The position numbers were made by a program, and so were the translations under genes. Positions 1 to 6,268 of a stretch of DNA of 6,508 nucleotides are shown piece by piece. The notes beneath the pieces were generated by a model, which did no database searches, was not told where the DNA came from, and saw only the letters and a list, made by a program, of their open reading frames with translations. The stretch is from Paraphysomonas bandaiensis (taxonomy: Eukaryota > Protista > Chrysophyceae), in the NCBI GenBank assembly GCA_965644295.1, contig CBFFRP010000649.1, forward strand, positions 1-6,508, in the 5' to 3' direction. The first letter of the stretch is position 1; every line of letters begins with the position of its first letter.

Positions 1-595
1 TATACAGGCTGTGTGCTAGTTGGGAATATCTCTTGTCTGTGAGACCTTCCTTTAGTCGAGTGAGCTTGTCGTCTTCCGTGACTTCACGACCTAGATTCTC
101 GAGAATCTTGGCCTGGGCTTCAACGCTGTCGACGAACTCTGCTCCTGACTGACTTGAGGTAATCTTCATTGAATTGAACTTTGTGACCTCTGCCTGTACT
201 GTATTCTTTTCAACATTGAGAAATCTCTCTTCCAGTGCCTGTAGTAACCCTTTTGCTGTACTTCCTTCGTAGAGAGCCGCTGTTGTGCCTGCTTTCGGGT
301 GAGCATTGCACACTTCCATCAGGAAGGAGTACGCGGTCTCGTTCCGGGTGTTCCAGAGTTTCTTCGCTTTGCGTAGTCGCTTCTTCTGTGCATCAGTCAT
401 ATGAGCACCCGCTGAGACTGTAGAGTCTAGATCATAAATGTGCCTTGGTTTATCCTTTGAGAGGACAAGATGGGCTCGATTGTGTCTCATGAGGAATGAG
501 GTGAAGAACTTCTTGAATTTCTTGAAGTTCAGTTCCTCGAAGGGAGGTACCTTTGAGCCTGAGGCGACATTCGTGAAATTTCCATCCGCTGCCAT
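1..595 (-). CDS. gag: Ty1/copia-type LTR retrotransposon Gag (UBN2/Retrotran_gag_2-like), N-terminal 198 aa, running off the left edge of the window
   Basis: My translation from the ATG at 595 is open to the window edge: MAADGNFTNVASGSKVPPFEELNFKKFKKFFTSFL...KLWNTRNETAYSFLMEVC...STAKGLLQALEERFLNVEKNTVQAEVTKFNSMKITSSQSGAEFVDSVEAQAKILENLGREVTEDDKLTRLKEGLTDKRYSQLAHSLY. The pattern W..A..(T)AK.L..L.ERF..MK..EF..L..LG..V.EDD..L..GL..Y matches copia Gag as I know it. It is probably absent from the ORF track because it has no stop codon inside the window. Confidence 0.8.
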   Translation of the reverse strand, partial: MAADGNFTNVASGSKVPPFEELNFKKFKKFFTSFLMRHNRAHLVLSKDKPRHIYDLDSTVSAGAHMTDAQKKRLRKAKKLWNTRNETAYSFLMEVCNAHPKAGTTAALYEGSTAKGLLQALEERFLNVEKNTVQAEVTKFNSMKITSSQSGAEFVDSVEAQAKILENLGREVTEDDKLTRLKEGLTDKRYSQLAHSLY

Positions 596-899
596 ATTAA
601 TTTACGCTTTTAGTTAGTGCAATATTGACTGATTGATATTATAGGAGATATAGTAAGTTTATGATGTTGTAGCACTGTGAGTTAGGAACCACGTCATTCA
701 CCAACATCAACATTCTGTTCTACAAATCATATCTTTAACAGCTACTATATTTTCAGTTTCTTTGTATACTTGTAGTAGCTACTCCTATACTGTAGTCATG
801 TATATTCTGTATTTCATTGCTACATAGAATACAGGATAACTACTAGCGATTGGCTTTACCAACCTTCAAGTACGCATGTAGGAGTTGGTTGTAGTTCAA

Positions 900-1140
900 T
901 ACATAAACTATATAATAAATTTTATTTTATAACTTTTTCTAATTTTCATAAAAGCCAAAATGCCAGAAAGCCAAAATGCCAAAACTATATTTTTATTTTA
1001 TTATAAGATAATTATTTTATATTATATAAAGTAATTAATTTTTATTTAAAGTATAGTATTATTAATATTATTATATAAGCTATAATTATTATATTTAAAG
1101 ATAGAGTAAAAAGGAAGAGTAATAAAACAAATGTTTTATT
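900..1140. other. Very AT-rich low-complexity block
   Basis: Mostly A/T runs (e.g. tatataataaattttattttat, attattatatttaaag), ending abruptly at a GC-rich stretch near 1146. Confidence 0.7.
951..981 (+). repeat. Tandem duplication AAAGCCAAAATGCCA x2 (16-bp period)
   Basis: Exact copies at 951-965 and 967-981, separated by one G. Confidence 0.85.
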
Positions 1141-1219
1141 ACGATAGGAGAGCCTTTCCGGCTCAGGAGGAATGCCTAAGCGGCACAGAGCGGCCCCTCG
1201 TCCCTCCGCCTCGCTGTGT

Positions 1220-1254
1220 GTGTTACACTTCATGACCTCCATGCAGTGTAACAC
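1220..1254. repeat. Imperfect inverted repeat / hairpin
   Basis: GTGTTACACT (1220-1229) pairs with AGTGTAACAC (1245-1254). After one mismatch, CATG (1231-1234) pairs with CATG (1240-1243) around a 5-nt loop. Confidence 0.75.
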
Positions 1255-1783
1255 TTTATGACTACTTGGACATAAATCTAATCAAATTGGTTGATATGGC
1301 CTATCAATGCCCTCCATCCATCGATATGGCATATTACTTAGGCACCATCCAAATTTCTGGTGAATGTATGACCTGATGTACACTGTGTGGGATCCCATAG
1401 TTTTCGGTCGAATGCTGACCGGCACAGAATCCAAGCCACAGAGATGATACGTGACCCTCCCACACCCTCTCACCTCTCCAAACACTTTGTCTGCAGAAGT
1501 AAGTCGAATATAGAGTCTCAGTAGTGGTTAGTGTATCCCACTGCTCTGCATATAGCGATCAATAGCCATCCTGAGGACGCAGGGCTCCTCTGTCTAATCA
1601 CTCGAGACACAGGCAGGGTGTGATGGTGAAAATGGCTGCATATAATGTTGACATACTCCATTGTAAAGATAGTGTATGTGTCTGATTGTATTGGTGTATG
1701 TTGTGGTTAGTTGTGGTGTTGGAGTTATGTCATATATGTATGTGCATATCAGTTCAAGGGGGGGGAAATGGATGAGAAAATGG

Positions 1784-1814
1784 GGGGGCCGATTTTTTTG
1801 AGGGGGCCGATTTT
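1784..1814 (+). repeat. Direct repeat GGGGGCCGATTTT x2 upstream of the CR gene
   Basis: Exact 13-mers at 1784-1796 and 1802-1814, preceded by another G-run at about 1758-1765. Confidence 0.7.
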
Positions 1815-1987
1815 CTTTCGTTATAGTATTGTATGGAGCATGAGTGTAGCTCCATCTATACCATCGTGTATATCTATCCCGTATACAGCGTAATACGTAA
1901 ATTTTCATTGATTAGAAAAAAATATTTTTATGTTCTATCTCATCAACAGAAGAAACAAACATCCATCTACTGAACATTGCGAGCCGA

Positions 1988-3667
1988 ATGATGAAGCTCA
2001 GAACCACCCCGTGCAGTGCGCTGGCATTAGCTTGTCGACGCAAAAAGTCTTGTCGATTTCTTTCCATTGACACCAACCTCATCGAGGACAAAGAAACGTA
2101 CTTTGACTTTAGACCGAAAAGAGACAAGAACAGGTCCGATTTCCTCGAGGGCTTGGCGAACTGTCGAGTTGAAGCCATTGGGGATGGCATCGATGTAATT
2201 CATATTGATAACAAGTTGGGAGTGCCATGGGAATGCTTGGGCCCGCAGAAGTTGTTTGTAAGGGAGTTTTATCCTGACTTGTTGAGAGAAATAAGGAAAC
2301 ATAAGAGAAGTGTTCTCATTGGAAACCCTGGAATTGGCAAGTCCTTTTTCCAGTATTATTACCTGGCTCGAATACTGAATCCGTCTTTGTTCGGGCCCCT
2401 TCCACCTGACTGCTACGACTCCACCACCCCGCCGAAGATAGTCATCCGCCAGGAGGGCACTACGCGAATGACAATATTCGACATTGCTAATCGCCAAGCA
2501 GAGAGAGTTGTTGGTTGTCTAGATTCACTTCTGGACTGTTTTGATCCAGAAACGTCATTATATTTGATGGAACCTGAGATATCTGTGGCGGAACCTTATA
2601 TTGGAGGCCTTCGCATTCCCACTTTGGCCACTGTATCTCCGAATCCGGCCCGATATAAGGAATTCTGCAAGAACGGAGGAGCAGCACTGTACATGCCTGT
2701 TTTCACTCTTCAGGAGTTGCTTGCGATTGGGAAGTATTTGCTGGAGAACGAGCATGTGCCGAAGTTGCTGCAGCCGGAGTATTCTTCTGAGCAGATCACG
2801 AAGCGCTTTCACCAATTTGGGGGTATTTTCCGCCATGTGCTGCCGGTATCTCTCGCTTACCTTGGTATGTGTCAACGTAGTCAGTCCAAGGCAATAGGTT
2901 CGTGTAATGCACATGCACTCCTGGTCTCCGGCGATGTTGAGGATGCGGACGTCAGTCATTTCATCATGCAATATGACGTGGAGAGGGACGGCAAATCCCC
3001 CTTTCGCAAATATCGTTTGAACTTTGTGAACGAATCCGTCGCATCTAAAGTTCAAGATAAGCTTAACAAGAGCTCTCTGGACGACAGGAGATCAGCGCTG
3101 ATTCGAAATGACGAGACAGGATTTATGGCGGATGCATCTGCTAAGATCTATGAAAGTGTCATTGCGGATCAATTGACATCTGCTCTTGGCGTGCGATGGA
3201 GAAAACGGGAAGTGATGGCCAGCTCAGAGGGGAAAGTAAGTGAATGGTCCGATTTCTCGTTGAGGTTGAATGAAGCGGTTAAGCTGCACCCTCCTCCGTT
3301 CGAGGAAATGCGGCCACTGGTGCTCTACGTGTCTTCGAATCCGACCTTTCCATTGGCTGAATACATGTACAAGACGGAGCAGGGGGAATTGGTTATGTTT
3401 CAGGTCACCAGAAACAAGTCCCCAAAGAAGATTATCAAGGGGAGTGCTTTGAAGCAGTTATTGGACAAGATTAAACTTCCCGTCGACAAGGTATCGCTGC
3501 TGAGGTTAGTTCTCATCCCATTGCCGTCGCTGGCACAAAGCGCACGATTCGAAGTAGCCGAGGACGACAAGAAGATCCTAATGAATGCGGCGCTGGAAAA
3601 TGGTTATGAAGTCTGGCATATTCCCACAGATTATTCGAGCGATTTCGCGAATGAGAAGGAACTATAG
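1988..3667 (+). CDS. Crinkler/RHS-type (CR) effector-like protein: P-loop NTPase plus C-terminal PD-(D/E)xK restriction-endonuclease-fold domain, 559 aa
   Basis: Motifs in family order: LFVREFY pre-P-loop motif; Walker A GNPGIGKS (2321-2344); Walker B-like LYLME (2558-2572); TVSPNPARYKEF; LYMPVFTLQEL; RFHQFGGIFRHV (GG.PR-type arginine motif); KIYESVI; PTFPLAEY...LVMFQVT (NFP..D...FQVT-type REase core). This order is characteristic of CRN C-terminal and trypanosome RHS NTPase+REase modules. Confidence 0.85.
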   Translation: MMKLRTTPCSALALACRRKKSCRFLSIDTNLIEDKETYFDFRPKRDKNRSDFLEGLANCRVEAIGDGIDVIHIDNKLGVPWECLGPQKLFVREFYPDLLREIRKHKRSVLIGNPGIGKSFFQYYYLARILNPSLFGPLPPDCYDSTTPPKIVIRQEGTTRMTIFDIANRQAERVVGCLDSLLDCFDPETSLYLMEPEISVAEPYIGGLRIPTLATVSPNPARYKEFCKNGGAALYMPVFTLQELLAIGKYLLENEHVPKLLQPEYSSEQITKRFHQFGGIFRHVLPVSLAYLGMCQRSQSKAIGSCNAHALLVSGDVEDADVSHFIMQYDVERDGKSPFRKYRLNFVNESVASKVQDKLNKSSLDDRRSALIRNDETGFMADASAKIYESVIADQLTSALGVRWRKREVMASSEGKVSEWSDFSLRLNEAVKLHPPPFEEMRPLVLYVSSNPTFPLAEYMYKTEQGELVMFQVTRNKSPKKIIKGSALKQLLDKIKLPVDKVSLLRLVLIPLPSLAQSARFEVAEDDKKILMNAALENGYEVWHIPTDYSSDFANEKEL

Positions 3668-3938
3668 CAGTATTGGTGACTTTCAAGTCTTGTGCCATCA
3701 TCATCACAGCAAGTGCACCTGCCTGCCTGCGGCTGAGGGGTCCACAGTGACCTGTATATGTGTATCTCATATCTATCATGCTAGTGACGTTGTCTACTCA
3801 ATACTGTCACACGTAAGAATAACAAGTTATATTATATGGTATACACAACTCTTGTGAGTCAACTAATAAGCAACTTTGTACTACGCACTAGCTACTTCTC
3901 TCATGCATACATAATAGGTATTATCCCAAACTATTCGA

Positions 3939-4088
3939 TTAGGGTTAGGGTTAGGGTTAGGGTTAGGGTTAGGGTTAGGGTTAGGGTTAGGGTTAGGGTT
4001 AGGGTTAGGGTTAGGGTTAGGGTTAGGGTTAGGGTTAGGGTTAGGGTTAGGGTTAGGGTTAGGGTTAGGGTTAGGGTTAGGGTTAGGG
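3939..4088 (+). repeat. Internal telomeric tract (TTAGGG)25
   Basis: 150 bp of perfect TTAGGG units in the same polarity as the terminal tract. Confidence 0.98.
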
Positions 4089-4136
4089 TAAAGAAGAGTT
4101 GTTTGTAAGGGATAAAACCTTGAATTATTAACAGGT

Positions 4137-4193
4137 GTCCAAAGGGATACTACTATTTACGTCCCTTTCGGTTTGCAACCTTCGTCAGTGGAC
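4137..4193 (-). ncRNA. Type I hammerhead ribozyme in the PLE 3' UTR
   Basis: Minus strand reads GUCCA-CUGACGA-A-GGUU(GCA)AACC-GAAA-GGGA(CGUAAAUAGUAGUA)UCCC-UU-UGGAC. Stem I is GUCCA/UGGAC, the core is CUGANGA plus GAAA, stem II has 4 bp, stem III is AGGGA/UCCCU and the NUH triplet is CUU. Predicted cleavage is between 4142 and 4141. Confidence 0.88.
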
Positions 4194-4453
4194 TTATGGC
4201 GTTAAAAAGCGCTTAACTATGAATGTGTCGTAAGCGTGTGTGGACTCAAGAATGCATGAAATACAGAGAGTGAATAGTACGGTACTACCGGTCTGATATA
4301 CAGGCTAAATACATTGTATACTATCTCTTATACAGCTCTAAATACGTACTAATATCCTAAGTATACGTACTTATATGCTAAAGTATAGATTTACCCGTAG
4401 ATGGCTTATACAGTCCAGAATACGTACTTATCAGCTAACATATAGAAATCCTC

Positions 4454-4507
4454 GTAGAGTTAACGTATGAAAACTCCTGTAGAGTTAACGTATGAAAACT
4501 CCTGTAG
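4454..4507 (+). repeat. 25-bp tandem repeat GTAGAGTTAACGTATGAAAACTCCT x2.2 in the PLE 3' UTR
   Basis: Exact units at 4454-4478 and 4479-4503, plus a partial GTAG. More degenerate related units lie at about 4296-4453. Confidence 0.9.
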
Positions 4508-4527
4508 CAAACTGCAGGCCTTATGAA

Positions 4528-4548
4528 TAGGGTTAAGGGTTAGGGTTA
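4528..4548 (+). repeat. Short degenerate telomeric patch TAGGG-TTAAGGG-TTAGGG-TTA overlapping the RT stop codon
   Basis: On the element's sense strand it reads TAA CCCTAA CCCTTAA CCCTA, and the first TAA (4548-4546) is the ORF stop. Confidence 0.85.
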
Positions 4549-6198
4549 CCGCCCCGTGACATCTGTACCAGAATTGGCAGTGTCCGGGGAAGTAGGCCCG
4601 CCCTTAGTTCGCATGAGAATATTACCTAGGTTTCTGGGTCGAGTGTAACAAATCACGATCCGGCCGAGTTTCAGTCTATCGAGGCGTTCCTGAAGTGTGT
4701 TTAAGTCAAACATCTTCCTTAGCTCCTGGCGTGTGGGACCATTGGGATCGTATGGGACCTTAAAGAAGTATTTCTTGTCCTCGTCCTGGCGTTGCCTTGG
4801 GGCTGAAGTTGGATTGGGTTGTCGAAGCTGTTTGACAATCTCCTCAAATTTGGGCTTAAGAGTACGGGCGTGATATCCTCTAGCTCTTAGTCGGTCGAAT
4901 AGAAGTCTAACAATATTGATGAAATCTTCATTTCGTGTATTCTGGTGATAGTACTTCTTGAGGAGACCGTAGATGAGTCCGAATCGAACGCCTGGAGGGT
5001 GGGCGCTCTGAAATGGGGGGTATAGGTATAGGTTAAGGCACTTCTGGTGTGTTCGAGTGCCATATTTCCCTTGATAGGGAAAGATCCATAGATCAAGGAA
5101 ATTTACCTCACTAGGGTGGTGTTGGTGTGTCCAGGATAAGCCAGGCACTGTCTTAAGGGTAGCTTTGAAGCGATTAAAGCTATATGGTTCAGTAGCTTTA
5201 GGTTTCCAGAAGACTAAAACATCATCTAGAAATCTATAGTACAAGTAGAGCTCATCCGTGAATCTAGGAAGGATTTTTAGTTCTTCATAGTATCCAAGGT
5301 AGAGACTAGCAAGTACTGGGGCTACTGGTGTACCCATTGCTAAGCCTAAGAGTTGCTTCCAGTTAGTATTACCGAATGTAAAGTAATTTGATGTCATAAC
5401 AATGTTGAGCCCCTCTAAGATAAAGTCTTTAAGAGGGGACATCCTTTTATCTAGGAAGTATCGCACAGCGTGCAATGCTTCTTTGATAGGGATGGATGTA
5501 TACATGTGTTCGACGTCAAACGTATAGAATTTTACATTCGGGTCATACTCAAGTTTCTTTAGTGATTCTTGTAAGTGAGAAGAATCTTTTAAGAAACTAG
5601 GAAGTTGTCGACAAAGTGGTAATAGGTGAAAGGTAAGCCACTTTGACAGCCCATTGGAGGGGGCACATACATTAGACACAATAGGTCTACAACCCATAGG
5701 TGTCTTATGTATTTTAGGCAGAGCATGAAAGTATGCTGGCTTGCTGGACCCTAGTGAGCTTACTATAATTCTTGCTGTGTGTGACTCAGAATTACAGTTT
5801 CTAACTAAGGAATGGTGAAAGCATGCTATTCTAGACTTAATGGCCTCTAATGGTATAGAATCAACCCGTTGGTAGACATCGGGTTGATTTAAGTGTTCAA
5901 GGCAAAAGTCTATATACTGAGAATGTGTCATGACAGCAGGGCCTAAATTCTTATCGGTAGATAGAAATTTGAGGTGTTGGGTGTGTTTTACCTGCTGAAG
6001 TAATGACCTCTGGATCCGACTCAGATTGAATCTTCTCCTCCTCAGTGGGGAAACGAAAGGGAGACTTGATATCCTTTGGAATTCGGATTCAAGTGGTTCC
6101 GGTGCCGGGTCTGGTTGAAAACCCGGATTAGGAACATAAATGAGAGGGTGATATATACGAGAGGTGTTAGCATGTGGGAACATGCAATGTAAACGCAT
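4546..6198 (-). CDS. Penelope-like element reverse transcriptase without endonuclease; N-terminally truncated (frame stays open to the telomere junction at about 6237)
   Basis: PLE RT motifs in order: NLS..L...DKNLG.AVM...Y; HALPKIHK..CRPIVS; motif A FDVEHMYTSIP; motif B' QLLGLAMGTPVAPVLASLYL; motif C YYRFLDDVL (FLDD at 5232-5221); motif E NFLDLWI; thumb region K..NLYLYPPFQSAHP; terminal CYTRPRNLGNIL. The stop follows about 20 residues later, with no Zn-knuckle or GIY-YIG domain. Confidence 0.95.
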   Translation of the reverse strand: MRLHCMFPHANTSRIYHPLIYVPNPGFQPDPAPEPLESEFQRISSLPFVSPLRRRRFNLSRIQRSLLQQVKHTQHLKFLSTDKNLGPAVMTHSQYIDFCLEHLNQPDVYQRVDSIPLEAIKSRIACFHHSLVRNCNSESHTARIIVSSLGSSKPAYFHALPKIHKTPMGCRPIVSNVCAPSNGLSKWLTFHLLPLCRQLPSFLKDSSHLQESLKKLEYDPNVKFYTFDVEHMYTSIPIKEALHAVRYFLDKRMSPLKDFILEGLNIVMTSNYFTFGNTNWKQLLGLAMGTPVAPVLASLYLGYYEELKILPRFTDELYLYYRFLDDVLVFWKPKATEPYSFNRFKATLKTVPGLSWTHQHHPSEVNFLDLWIFPYQGKYGTRTHQKCLNLYLYPPFQSAHPPGVRFGLIYGLLKKYYHQNTRNEDFINIVRLLFDRLRARGYHARTLKPKFEEIVKQLRQPNPTSAPRQRQDEDKKYFFKVPYDPNGPTRQELRKMFDLNTLQERLDRLKLGRIVICYTRPRNLGNILMRTKGGPTSPDTANSGTDVTGR

Positions 6199-6236
6199 GG
6201 AACGAAATAATTGAGGTAATGCTTCATGATAGACAT

Positions 6237-6268
<32 letters not shown>

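Larger units (their letters stand above)
4089..6236 (-). mobile_element. Endonuclease-deficient, telomere-associated Penelope-like retroelement (Athena/Coprina-like architecture), 5'-truncated
   Basis: PLE-type RT ORF with no GIY-YIG domain, followed by a ~455-nt 3' UTR containing a hammerhead ribozyme. It is bounded on both sides by TTAGGG tracts, and its sense strand is continuous with the C-rich telomeric strand. Confidence 0.92.

Noticed and set aside
235-423. 62-aa plus-strand ORF
   Set aside because: It is an antisense shadow of the Gag ORF.
677-696. Minus-strand TGGTTCC as a tRNA primer-binding site, and CCACGTCA as a bZIP element
   Set aside because: The match is too short, is not preceded by an LTR-terminal CA, and could occur by chance.
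1515-1550. TAGTGGTTAG resembling a tRNA D-arm
   Set aside because: There is no T-loop (GTTC) motif or cloverleaf, only a simple hairpin.
1563-1637. CTGAGGA...GAAA flanked by AGCCAT/ATGGCT as a second hammerhead
   Set aside because: Stem I is missing and no NUH site falls in the correct register, so the topology does not fit.
1042-1908. Small ORFs at 1042-1254, 1282-1485, 1594-1908 and 1711-1893
   Set aside because: No recognisable motifs. The hydrophobic tail of 1042-1254 simply reflects AT-rich DNA.
1912-3857. Short ORFs overlapping the CR gene on either strand (e.g. 2027-2497, 2558-3055, 2601-2897, 3513-3779)
   Set aside because: These are shadow frames of the motif-rich 559-aa ORF, with no recognisable domains.
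3836-4108. 90-aa ORF with poly-(RV)
   Set aside because: It is a translation of the TTAGGG tract, not a gene.
4297-4306. TATACAGGCT identical to window positions 1-10
   Set aside because: An isolated 10-mer with no flanking similarity, most likely chance.
4454-4507. 25-bp repeats as a CRISPR array
   Set aside because: The units are adjacent with no spacers, the context is eukaryotic and there are no cas genes.
4546-6198. RT as telomerase (TERT) or a group II intron/retron RT
   Set aside because: No TERT T/CP motifs or large N-terminal domains are seen. The DKNLG, LPKIHK..RPIVS and GLAMG motifs and the hammerhead-bearing UTR point to a PLE.
4887-6236. Alternative-frame ORFs 4887-5096 and 6042-6236 within the PLE
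   Set aside because: They overlap the RT ORF out of frame and have no motifs. The RT frame itself is open to the telomere, so no frameshift is needed.
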